Source: an uncultured Actinomycetes bacterium
GTDB taxonomy: Bacteria; Actinomycetota; Actinomycetes; S36-B12
DNA length: 64,000 nt
Direction: 5' to 3'
Assembly (NCBI GenBank): GCA_963842725.1
Contig: CAWJHN010000001.1
Span: 84,447-148,446, forward strand
A program made the translations under genes and the position numbers. This document shows, piece by piece, positions 39,442 to 48,764 of this stretch (position 1 is its first letter; each line of letters begins with the position of its first letter). The notes beneath the pieces were generated by a model that worked only from the letters and a program-made list of their open reading frames with translations, did no database searches and was not told where the DNA came from.

Positions 39442-40107
39442 ATGGGGCTTGGACGTGTGGTAGCCGGTGCGGCTGCGGGACTGATCATGCTCGGGGTGTC
39501 CTTCGGGGCAGCACCGTCGGCGTGGGCGGGAACGACCGGATGGTCGGGGACGTTGGGAGCGGACCCGATCCTCGCGTTGGCATCTACCGGGAGCACGTGC
39601 CTTCCGCCCGGAACGAATGGTCGCGCCTACCACGTCCAGCCGTTCACGGTCAGCGAGTCCGGCTCCTACGACCTGTCGATCGTGAGCGCTGCAGGCATGC
39701 CCGTCGACGCCCTGGACACCATGCATGCGGTGTACGAGAACTCGTTCGATCCGGCCAACTGGACCCTCAACTGCATCGCGTACAACGACGACAACGGCGC
39801 CGGCGTCCTGTCCATCACCGCCGACGTGCCGCTCGTTGCCGGCACGCAGTACTTCGTGGTCGTCATGAACGCATGGGTCGGCATGCCGGTCGGCGCGACC
39901 TTCAGCGGCGAGATCACCGGCCCAGGGACGATTTCCACGGGTCTTGGAACCGGGTCGGGGACTCCCGTTCCCGAATGGGTCCAGGGCTACGGACGGGGCA
40001 GCGCATCCGATGCCTGCCGCGACGGGTGGTCGGCGAGCTGGGCGCTGTGGCCCAATGACGGCACGGGTGGCTGGGTCTGCACTCGCACCGTCCCGTCATT
40101 GGGGTAG
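39442..40107 (+). CDS. Secreted protein: PPC-like (pre-peptidase C-terminal-like) beta-sandwich plus a Trp/Cys-rich C-terminal module
   Basis: ATG at 39442 within ORF 39301..40107, with GAGGAGAGGA upstream. Signal peptide ...FGAAPSAWA. Contains YHVQPFTVSESGSYDLSI...DTMHAVYENSFDP..NCIAYNDDNG...TQYFVVV. The C-terminus is ACRDGWSASWALWPNDGTGGWVCTRT. GC is lower than in the flanks. Confidence 0.65.
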   Translation: MGLGRVVAGAAAGLIMLGVSFGAAPSAWAGTTGWSGTLGADPILALASTGSTCLPPGTNGRAYHVQPFTVSESGSYDLSIVSAAGMPVDALDTMHAVYENSFDPANWTLNCIAYNDDNGAGVLSITADVPLVAGTQYFVVVMNAWVGMPVGATFSGEITGPGTISTGLGTGSGTPVPEWVQGYGRGSASDACRDGWSASWALWPNDGTGGWVCTRTVPSLG

Positions 40108-42507
40108 CGCGCCGCCGTGGGCGACCACGACCATCCCTGAGCCCACCGACACGACCGCGACGTCGCCGTCCCGATCGGTCCGGGCCACCAGTGCGCCGTG
40201 AGCCTGCCAGTCGGCGATGGTCTCGGCCGCTGGATGCCCGTACGGGTTGTCGCGACCCGCGCTGATCAGAGCGACGGGCGCCCGCGCCCAGTTCGTCATG
40301 CGCGGGTTCTGGTACCGCGAGCCGTGGTGCGGGACCTTGACCACGTCGAAGGACAGCGCGCGCAACCGCTCGGAGACGGCGGCCTGGGCCTCGGACTCGA
40401 TGTCCCCGCACAGCAGCACCGAGCGTCCGCGCACGGTCACCGCGAGCACGAGGCTGGCGTTGTTCGGGATCGATCCGGCGGCGATGATCCGGCGCGGCCA
40501 CAGCGCCGTCCACGACACGTCGCCCACTGCCCGCACGTCGCCCGCGGTGACAACCGTCGGCACGAGGGCCAGATCGGCGAGGGCGCGGTCCACGTCGTCG
40601 GCCTGCTCAGGTGGATCGCGAACCGCCGTCACGATCACCTGCGCCACGTCGCGGCCCCGCGACACCCCGGCGAGGCCGCCGACATGGTCCGCATGGAAGT
40701 GCGTCAGGACGATCGCATCGACCGCTGCGACCCCCGCGTCGTCGAGGCAGCCGTCGACCAGGTCCGGGTCTGGCCCGACGTCGACCACCACCGCCGAGCC
40801 CGGTCCCGAACGCAGCAGCAGGGCGTCGCCCTGACCGACGTCGCACATGATCAGGAACCAGCCGTCGGGCGGCCAGGCGCGGCGATCCGGAGGGGCGATC
40901 ACCCACAGGCCCAGGACCACCATGGTCAGTACGACGCCCGTCGCCCGCACGGGTCGCGGGATACCGCGGGGGAACAGGGCAGGAATCCGGCGACGCGCGA
41001 CCCAGCCCAGGACCAGGACGATCGAGAGTCCGACCGTCCCCCACCAGCCCGACGGCCATGGCAGGGCGGCGAGCGGGAGTCCGCTGCCGACGTGGGCCAC
41101 GCCCGCGATCCACGCGGCGGGCCAGGCCGCCAGGTGCGCCAGCACGGCCGCCGCAGGCGGCCAGGCGGGCGCCAGCAGGGCCGACCCCAGGCCGAGCACC
41201 GTGACCGGCGCCACGGCCGGCATCGCCAGCAGGTTCGCGGGCACGGCCACCCAGCCCACGGCGGCGCCCATGGCGACGAGAAGCGGAAGGGTCGCCAGTT
41301 GGGCCGCGAGGGTGAGGGCGGTCGCCGCGAGCACGGCCGGCGGCCAGCGACGCGTCGCACGCTGCCGGGTCAGCCACGACTCGACCCCCGGGGCCAGCAG
41401 GATCAGGCCGGCTGTGGCCAAGGCCGAAAGGGCGAAACCCCAGGACGCCGCCAGCGCCGGCGACGTGATGACCAGGATCAGGACCGCCGCGGAGAGGACG
41501 GATGGACCGGCCCGACGCCCGCCCGAGAGCATGCCGATCAGCACGATGCCGCCCATCGCGGCCGCGCGCAGGACGCTGGGCTGCGGCCCCACCAGCACGA
41601 CGAAGTAGGCGAGCGACACCAAGGCCGCCGCGATGCGCAGCCGAAGCCGCAGCCGAAGGGCCGCCGCGATGGCCATCACCACCGCTACGACGATGGCCGT
41701 GTTGCCGCCGGACACGGCGGTCAAGTGCGACAGACCGCTCGCCCTCATCGCTGCGTCCAGGGCGGGCGCCTGCAACGACTCGTCTCCCACCGCCAGGCCC
41801 GCGACCAGGGCGGCGGCGTCCGGAGGCGTGCCCGCAGCAGCCGTCCGCAGGCCGGTGCGCATGCCGTGGGCGAGGCGGTCGATCCACGCCGGCCCGTCGA
41901 GGATCCGCACGCTCGACGCCCGGCCTCCGACGGACAGGGCGGCCGCCGAGGTCGACGGCCAGGGCACCGCGCCCAGGCGCCCGACGAGCTCCACGTGCGT
42001 CCCCGGCGGCGGCACGTCCGCTCCCTCGTCGAGCCGGACCAGCAGCGGCAGGGCGACGTCGATCACGCTCCCCCGCGCGGCGACCTGGTCGGTGGACAGG
42101 TGCACCTCGAGCCGCCGCGAGGACTGCCAGAGCGCCGCCCGGGTGGTGACGCGGGCCACCGGCTCGTCGGAGATCACCCCCCGGACCGTCGCGGTGGCCC
42201 GGCTCTCGACCCAGCCCCCGAACGGATCCTGCGTCAGGGCGGCGACGTGCAGGGCGGCGGCCAGGCCGCCGATGGCCAGGCAGGTGGCGGCCACCAGGAT
42301 CGGGAGGGCCCCTCGGCGGCCCGTCGCGCGGTGGGCGGCTGCGGCGATCACGGCTGACGCGACCGCCACCGTGGCGGTGAGGACCGCCACGCGCACGGCC
42401 GTGTCATGCCGCTCGTGGAGGGTCCCTACGGCACCCAGGCCCACGGAGGTGGCCGCTGCCCCGAGCCAGGCCGACCCGGCGGGCACCAGCAGGCGGCCGT
42501 CGATCAC
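40096..42507 (-). CDS. comEC: ComEC/Rec2 DNA internalisation channel with C-terminal metallo-beta-lactamase domain
   Basis: Last 803 codons of the 1103-aa ORF. GTG at 42505-42507 overlaps the comEA stop in the other frame (GTGA). Polytopic competence domain, and an MBL motif HFHADHVGG. Confidence 0.85.
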   Translation of the reverse strand: MIDGRLLVPAGSAWLGAAATSVGLGAVGTLHERHDTAVRVAVLTATVAVASAVIAAAAHRATGRRGALPILVAATCLAIGGLAAALHVAALTQDPFGGWVESRATATVRGVISDEPVARVTTRAALWQSSRRLEVHLSTDQVAARGSVIDVALPLLVRLDEGADVPPPGTHVELVGRLGAVPWPSTSAAALSVGGRASSVRILDGPAWIDRLAHGMRTGLRTAAAGTPPDAAALVAGLAVGDESLQAPALDAAMRASGLSHLTAVSGGNTAIVVAVVMAIAAALRLRLRLRIAAALVSLAYFVVLVGPQPSVLRAAAMGGIVLIGMLSGGRRAGPSVLSAAVLILVITSPALAASWGFALSALATAGLILLAPGVESWLTRQRATRRWPPAVLAATALTLAAQLATLPLLVAMGAAVGWVAVPANLLAMPAVAPVTVLGLGSALLAPAWPPAAAVLAHLAAWPAAWIAGVAHVGSGLPLAALPWPSGWWGTVGLSIVLVLGWVARRRIPALFPRGIPRPVRATGVVLTMVVLGLWVIAPPDRRAWPPDGWFLIMCDVGQGDALLLRSGPGSAVVVDVGPDPDLVDGCLDDAGVAAVDAIVLTHFHADHVGGLAGVSRGRDVAQVIVTAVRDPPEQADDVDRALADLALVPTVVTAGDVRAVGDVSWTALWPRRIIAAGSIPNNASLVLAVTVRGRSVLLCGDIESEAQAAVSERLRALSFDVVKVPHHGSRYQNPRMTNWARAPVALISAGRDNPYGHPAAETIADWQAHGALVARTDRDGDVAVVSVGSGMVVVAHGGALPQ

Positions 42508-43371
42508 ACGCGCACGGCGGGCCGAAGCTGCTCGAGGATCGCGTCGCCGATGCCCGAGACCTCGCCGAGCTCGTCGACGCTGCGGAAGGGACCGTTGGCC
42601 GTACGCCAGGCGATGATCCGCTCGGCCAGCACCGGGCCGACGCCCGGCAGCAGCTCGAGGGCCTGGGCCGTCGCGCTGTTCAGGTCGACGGGCGGCGCGG
42701 CGGCGGTCGGGTCGCCGGCTGGCGGGTGCGGCCACGGGTCCGGACGAGCCGACCATGATCTGCTCGCCGTCGACGAGGACGCGCGCGAGGTTGACCGTGT
42801 CGGACGCGCGGCGCCGGGTGACGCCTCCCGCCGCGTCGATCGCGTCGGCCACGCGGGACCCCAGCGGCAGTCGCACCAGCCCGGGCGCGGCCACCTGGCC
42901 GGCGACGTGCACCACCACGTCCGGGACCGATGACGAGGTTGCGGGCCCGTCGACGATGGGCGTCTGGTCCGAGGACGGCTCGGCGGAGGCGGGCGGCGGC
43001 GACGTGCCGGCCACCCCCGTCAGCGCCGCTCCCGTCGCCATCACCGTGGGCGCCACGGCCACGGCGCGGGGCCGCCCGCTCCACCACCACCAGCCCACGA
43101 GCACCAGGGCCACGGTCAGGAGGACGGCCAGGCCCCGTAGCGCCGAGCCCGTCCAGGGTCCGAGGACGGGCCGCGGCTCGTCGCGACGATCGTCGCCGTC
43201 GGGCACGATCGACTGCCACACGGCACCCGGCTCGGTAGCCTCGCCCGCCTCGCGTGGTCGCGCGCGCTCGGGAGCGCGCGGCCGCCATTGGGCGGCGAGC
43301 TGGTCAAGTCGAGTCGTCGCGGTGGCCGCGAGCCACGTCCCGCCTCCGCGTGACCGCCTCCGCACCCCCAT
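42504..43371 (-). pseudogene. comEA: comEA (TM - SLBB - helix-hairpin-helix DNA receptor), interrupted by a 1-nt frameshift as sequenced
   Basis: One frame holds the ATG at 43371, the TM helix (LAVLLTVALVLVGWWWW) and the SLBB domain (VVVHVAGQVAAPGLVRLPLGSRVADAI). The HhH domain (VDLNSATAQALELLPGVGPVLAERIIAWRTANGPFRSVDELGEVSGIGDAILEQL, stop at 42504) is in the +1 frame and has no start codon of its own. The total span is 868 nt, which is 3n+1. Confidence 0.8.
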
Positions 43372-43464
43372 GGCCTCGACGCTAGGAGGGTCGTTGGCGC
43401 GCCCCAACGGCCGAGGGGCGCCCTGTGGACGGCAACCAGGACAGCCCTTGCCTGTGGATGACGA

Positions 43465-44055
43465 TCAGGCTCGCATCTGGCGCCACGCCTCGCGCAGGTT
43501 GCGCTGGTGTCGAACGAGGACCAAGGCGGACAGGGCGATCGCGAACCACATGTCGGCCTCGTCGATCCAGCCGAGCGCGTGGCCGACCACGCCGCTCACG
43601 CCGAGCGTCACCGCGCCCACGGCCGCGCCCAGGCCCACGCGATGCCAGATCGCCACGCCGATGCCGAAGGCCACCAGGACGGGGATGGCGAGCAGCGGCT
43701 GCACGCCCAGGATCGCGCCCAGCGTGGTGGCCACGCCCTTGCCGCCACGACCCTTGAGGTACGGCGAGGTGATGTGCCCGAGCACGGCGGCGACGCCGGC
43801 GATCTCGCCGGCCGTCTGGCCGACGAAGTACCCGAAGGCCGCTGCCGGGATGAAGCCCTTGGCGACGTCGAGGATGCCGACGAAGACTCCCCAGCGCGGT
43901 CCGAGCGCCCGGCCGACGTTGGTGGCGCCCGGATTGCCGGACCCGGTGCCGCGCAGGTCGACGCCCAGCAGCCGTGCCACGATCGCGGCCGGGTTCACCG
44001 AGCCGAGGGCGTATCCGGCGACCGCGGCTACGGCCCACCACACAGCAGCGGGCAT
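43465..44055 (-). CDS. plsY: Glycerol-3-phosphate acyltransferase PlsY
   Basis: ATG at 44053-44055 (MPAAVWWAVAAVAGYALGSVNPA). Contains GSGNPGATNVGRALG. Confidence 0.9.
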   Translation of the reverse strand: MPAAVWWAVAAVAGYALGSVNPAAIVARLLGVDLRGTGSGNPGATNVGRALGPRWGVFVGILDVAKGFIPAAAFGYFVGQTAGEIAGVAAVLGHITSPYLKGRGGKGVATTLGAILGVQPLLAIPVLVAFGIGVAIWHRVGLGAAVGAVTLGVSGVVGHALGWIDEADMWFAIALSALVLVRHQRNLREAWRQMRA

Positions 44056-44057
44056 GC

Positions 44058-44936
44058 CTACGCCCCAGCCGCGCCGGCCGCAGGGACCGGCAGCCGCGGG
44101 GACACCACCACCGACACCATGCCCGGTCCGACGTGGGCGCCCACCACACCGCCTACGGGGCACTCGACCACGGTCGCCCTCGGCAGGCGGGCGCGAAGCC
44201 GCTCGGCGAGCGCGGCCGCCCGCTCGGCGGACGCCAGGTGCTGAACCGCGATGTCAACGTCGAGGTCGTCCGCGGCGAGTGCCGCGAGCTCCTCGAGCCG
44301 GGCGAGCGCGCGGCCCGAGGTGCGCACCTGCTCCAGCGCGCCGACGTGGCCGTCGACCACGCTCAGCAGCGGCTTGACCTGCAGTGCCTGGCCGACCGCT
44401 GCGCGCGCCGCACTGATGCGACCGCCGCGCCGCAGGTATTCCAGGGTGTCGACGTAGAAGTAGGTGGACGAGGCGAGGGCCTGCCGCTCGATGACCGACG
44501 CCACCTCGTCGGCCGTCGCCCCCTCGCGGGCGGACCGCGCGCCGGCCACGGCCGCGAAGCCCAGTCCCATCGCGATGGTGCGGCTGTCGACGACCCGGAC
44601 CGGCACCTCGCACTCCTTCGCCGCCAGGAGGGCCGACTCGTGGGTGGCGGACATCGCCGCGGACAGCGTCACGACGACGATCTCGGTCGCCCCGCCCTCG
44701 ATGGCCGACTGGTACGCCTGGGCGAACCGCATGGGCGACGGCCTCGACGTGGTCACCGGATGCCAGGCCGACAGGGCGTCGGCCACCCGCTGCGCCTGCG
44801 CGTCCTCGGTCTCGTCGAATGCCTGGCCGCTCACGATGACCTGCACCGGCACGATCCCGATGCCGTACTGCGCCGCCCAGCCCGAGGGCAGGTAGCAGGT
44901 CGAGTCCGCCACGACGGCGACCTTCGGGCTCGGCAT
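44058..44936 (-). CDS. DegV-family fatty-acid-binding protein
   Basis: ATG at 44934-44936 (MPSPKVAVVADSTCYLP). DegV pattern TSRPSP...VVTLSAAMSATHESA...RGGRIS. Confidence 0.8.
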   Translation of the reverse strand: MPSPKVAVVADSTCYLPSGWAAQYGIGIVPVQVIVSGQAFDETEDAQAQRVADALSAWHPVTTSRPSPMRFAQAYQSAIEGGATEIVVVTLSAAMSATHESALLAAKECEVPVRVVDSRTIAMGLGFAAVAGARSAREGATADEVASVIERQALASSTYFYVDTLEYLRRGGRISAARAAVGQALQVKPLLSVVDGHVGALEQVRTSGRALARLEELAALAADDLDVDIAVQHLASAERAAALAERLRARLPRATVVECPVGGVVGAHVGPGMVSVVVSPRLPVPAAGAAGA

Positions 44937-44946
44937 GGACACGACC

Positions 44947-46215
44947 CTAGCCGTCGGAACCGAGCTCGCGGTCCAGTGCGCGGGCCGCCGACGGCGGGAC
45001 GACGTCGCCCACGGAGACGCCGTCGCAGCCGACCCAGCGTGCGGCCTCGCGCAGCGCGACGGCCGTGCCGTGCACCGCACTCGCGGACGGGTGTCCGTCG
45101 CGCCGCAGCTCCGCTTCCTCGAACGTGACGCGCTTCGCCAGGAGTGTCTTCCCGTCCCGCTTGGGGTCGACCCGTGCGACCAGGCGGCCCTGGTGCAGGA
45201 CCGGCATCGCGAAGTAGCCGTGCACGCGCTTGTGCTCGGGGGTGTAGGCCTCGAGCCGATGCGTCATGCCGAACAGTCGCTCCGTCCGCGGGCGGTGCCA
45301 GACCAGGGAGTCGAACGGCGACAGCAGTGTGGTGCGGACGGTAGCGCGGGGGCTCGAGTCGAGCCAGTCCAGCGACTCCTGGGTCGCCCAGGCCTTCTGC
45401 TTCCAGCCGTCGACGGTGACGGGCACCAGTCCGACGTCGGCGGCGTGCCGCTCGACGTCGGCTCGACGGATCCGGTGCACGTCCGAGATGTCGTCTGCCG
45501 TGCCGACTCCCATGACGCGGGCAGACTGCCGCACCAACTCGCGGACGCATTCCTCGTCTGACGGCCCGATGACGCCGTCGACCTCCGTCCAGTCGGGGGC
45601 CAGTCGCAGGTGCTCTGGCACGGCCCGCTCGGCCAGGTCGTATTCGCGCCGCCAGCCGACGCGCCTGGTCACCACGACCGTGCCGATGTCAAGCAGCCAC
45701 TCGATGGCGATCTTCGCGTCCGACCAGTCCCACCACTGGCCGCCGCGCTTCGCGCCGCCGATGTGCGTGGTGTTGAGGGGACCCTCGGATCGGAGCTGGG
45801 CGAGCACCTCGTCCACCGCCTGGGGCGTGTGCTCGTGCCACCGGATCCCTCGACGCACGTAGTGCCGGCGCCGCGCCGCGAAGACCGGCCAGGACGACAT
45901 CGGCAGGAGGCAGGCGGCGTGCGACCAGTACTCGTAGCTGGCCGACCCTCCCCAGTAGGCACGGTCGACGGCCTCTCGGCCGATCGCACCGAGGCGCGCG
46001 TAGGCGACGAGCTCATGCGAGCGCGCGAGGACCGAGATGGTGTCGAGCTGGACGGCTCCGAGGTGCTCGAGCATGCTGCCGACCAGTCGGGCGCGCGACG
46101 CCCCGCCGAGCCGCTGGGCCCGCGACGGGCTCACGCCGTCGATCGGCTCGACGAAGCCCTGGCACCACAACGCGACCAGGCGCGCCTGGTCCGCCGTCAG
46201 CGAGATGCCCGGCAC
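44947..46215 (-). CDS. Winged-helix DNA-binding protein, YcaQ/AlkZ (DUF1006) interstrand-crosslink glycosylase family candidate
   Basis: 422-aa ORF with a GTG start directly abutting the leuS stop. The family call rests on length and motifs such as [15 protein letters not shown] and YFAMPVL. Moderate certainty. Confidence 0.6.
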   Translation of the reverse strand: MPGISLTADQARLVALWCQGFVEPIDGVSPSRAQRLGGASRARLVGSMLEHLGAVQLDTISVLARSHELVAYARLGAIGREAVDRAYWGGSASYEYWSHAACLLPMSSWPVFAARRRHYVRRGIRWHEHTPQAVDEVLAQLRSEGPLNTTHIGGAKRGGQWWDWSDAKIAIEWLLDIGTVVVTRRVGWRREYDLAERAVPEHLRLAPDWTEVDGVIGPSDEECVRELVRQSARVMGVGTADDISDVHRIRRADVERHAADVGLVPVTVDGWKQKAWATQESLDWLDSSPRATVRTTLLSPFDSLVWHRPRTERLFGMTHRLEAYTPEHKRVHGYFAMPVLHQGRLVARVDPKRDGKTLLAKRVTFEEAELRRDGHPSASAVHGTAVALREAARWVGCDGVSVGDVVPPSAARALDRELGSDG

Positions 46216-48694
46216 CTACTGCGGTACCACGTTGACGAGCTTGGGCGCGCGCACGATGACCGTGCGGATGGCGCGACCGTCGAGGGCCTTGATCAGGCCG
46301 GGAGCGGCCAGGGCGAGCTCGCGCAGCTCGTCGTCGGTGATCGACGGCGGGACCTCGAGGCGCTCGCGCACCTTGCCGGCGACCTGGACGATGCAGGTGA
46401 CGGACTCCTCCACCAGCAGGTCCGGGTCGACCTCCGGCCAGCCGGCGAGCGCGACGGACGGCTGGTGGCCGAGACGGCACCACATGTCCTCGGCGGTGTA
46501 GGGCGCGACGAGCGACAGCATGATCGCCACCGCCTCCGCGGCCTCGCGGACGGCCGGGTCCGCCGGACCGCAGCCCGAGTCGATCGCCTTGCGCGTGACG
46601 TTGACCAGTTCCATCGCACGGGCGACGGCGACGTTGAACCGCATCGACTCGATCGACATCGAGGCCTCGCTCACCGCCCGGTGCGTGGCCTTGCGTAGTT
46701 CGAGGTCGCCCGGCCGTCACGTCGACGCCGGGATCGCTCGTGACGTCTCCCGAGAGCCGCCACGCACGCGCGAGGAACTTCTTCGATCCCGAGGGCGACA
46801 CCTCCGCCCAGTCGATGTCGTCCTCGGGCGGACCCGCGAAGACCATGGTCAGCCGGATGGCGTCCACTCCGTTGACCGCCAGCTCGTCGGACAGCCGCAC
46901 CAGGTTGCCGCGCGACTTGCTCATCGCGGATCCGTCCATGACGACCATGCCCTGGTTGAGCAGCCGGGTGAAGGGCTCGGTGAAGTCGAGCATCCCCATG
47001 TCGTGCAGCACCTTGGTGAAGAAGCGCGAGTACAGCAGGTGCAGGATCGCGTGGGTCACGCCGCCCACGTACTGGTCGACCGGCAGCCACTCGCGCACCT
47101 TGTCGGGGTCGAAGGCGGCCTCCGCGTTCTTCGGATCGGCGTAGCGCAGGTAGTACCAGGACGAGTCGACGAACGTGTCCATGGTGTCGGTGTCGCGCAG
47201 CGCGGCACCTCCGCAGGACGGACAGGCGGTGTGCACCCAGTCGGTCGCCGCGCCGAGCGGTGACGTCCCCTTGGGCTTGAGGTCCAGTCCCTCCGCCGGC
47301 GGCAGCGTGACCGGCAGCTGGTCGTCGGGAACAGGGACCTCACCGCAGTCCGAGCAGTGCACGATGGGGATCGGCGTGCCCCAGTAGCGCTGGCGCGAGA
47401 TCAGCCAGTCGCGCAGGCGGTAGTTGGTGGCCGGCCTGCCGGTGCCGCGCTCCTCCAGCACCGTGGTGATCGCGGCGATGGCGTCGACCTTGTCCAGGCC
47501 GTCGAGGGGGCCCGAGTTGACGTGCGGTCCGTCGTCGGCGGTCGCGACGCCGGTGACCGCGGGATCCTCGCCCGCCGCGACGACGACGCGCACGTCGAGA
47601 CCGAAGGCTCGGGCGAAGTCGAGGTCACGCTGGTCGTGGGCCGGCACGGCCATGATCGCCCCGGTGCCGTAGTCGGACAGCACGTAGTCGGACGCCCAGA
47701 CGGGGATGCGCTCGCCGTTGACCGGGTTGACGGCATACCGCTGCAGGAAGACGCCCGTCTTGGCCCGCGACGAGTCCATCCGGTCCATCTCGGACTCGTG
47801 CTTCACGCGCTCGACATAGTCCAGGAACTCGGCCTCCGCGGACGTGCCCTGCGCGAGCTCGGCGGCCAGGTCGGAGTCCGCCGCCACCACGAAGAACGTC
47901 GCTCCGTACAGGGTGTCCGGCCGGGTCGTGTACACGGTCACGGGCTCGTCGCGGCCCTCGATCGCGAACTGGACCTCGGCTCCCTGGGACCGTCCGATCC
48001 AGTTCTTCTGCATGAGCAGGACCTTGTCGGGCCACTGTCCCTGCAGCTGCTCCATGTCGTCGATCAGCCGGTCCGCGTAGTCGGTGATGCGCAGGTACCA
48101 CTGCGTCAGCTTCTTCTTCGTGACCGGGGTGTCGCACCGCTCGCAGAGTCCGCCGACGACCTGCTCGTTCGCCAGGACGGTCTGGTCGTTGGGGCACCAG
48201 TTGACGGCGCTGTCCTTGCGGTACGCCAGGCCCCGCTCGTACATGCGCAGGAAGAACCACTGGTTCCACCGGTAGTACTCGGGGTCGCACGTGTTGAACA
48301 CGCGGTCCCAGTCGAAGGAGCAGGCGAAGCGGCGCATCGACGACAGGCCCTGCGCGATGTTCGCGTAGGTCCACTCCCCCGGATCGACGCCCCGCTTGAT
48401 GGCGGCGTTCTCGGCGGGCAGCCCGAAGGCGTCCCAGCCGATCGGGTGCATGACGTTGAAGCCCCTCTGGACCCAGTAGCGCGCGATGACGTCGCCGAGG
48501 GCATAGGCCTCGGCGTGGCCCATGTGCAGGTCGCCCGAGGGGTACGGGAACATGTCGAGGACGTACTTCTTCGGCCGGTCGTCGTCCGGGCGGCCGGACC
48601 GGAACGGGGCGATCTCGTCCCAGACCGGGAGCCACCGCTCCTGGATCGCCGCGGTGTCGTAGGCCTCGCGGACGTCTTCCGCACTCTCAGTCAT
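46216..48694 (-). pseudogene. leuS: Leucine--tRNA ligase, reading frame broken by a 1-nt insertion as sequenced (probably an assembly indel, since the gene is essential)
   Basis: The N-terminal roughly 660 codons are in ORF 46013..48694 (HMGH motif in [16 protein letters not shown] as AMSKSRGN). The true C-terminus ([37 protein letters not shown]...) is in ORF 46216..46674, in the +1 frame. The junction is at the CCC/GGG run 46709-46711. The span is 2479 nt, which is 3n+1. Confidence 0.9.
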
Positions 48695-48764
48695 CGCCGT
48701 GTCTCGCCGTTCTGCTTGGGGTGAGCAGCAACTCTACCGAGGCGCCGGACTAGCCTTTCCCATC

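Noticed and set aside
40096-43407. The 1103-aa ORF, which could be read as a natural ComEA-ComEC fusion protein.
   Set aside because: The stretch joining the two parts is nonsense (RRPEQRDGPGPRAAAGRRPGAGRADHRLAYGQRSLPQRRRARRGLGHRRRD). The same DNA in the +1 frame encodes a textbook HhH domain ending in a GTGA junction with the comEC start. It is therefore a frameshift read-through and not a fusion.
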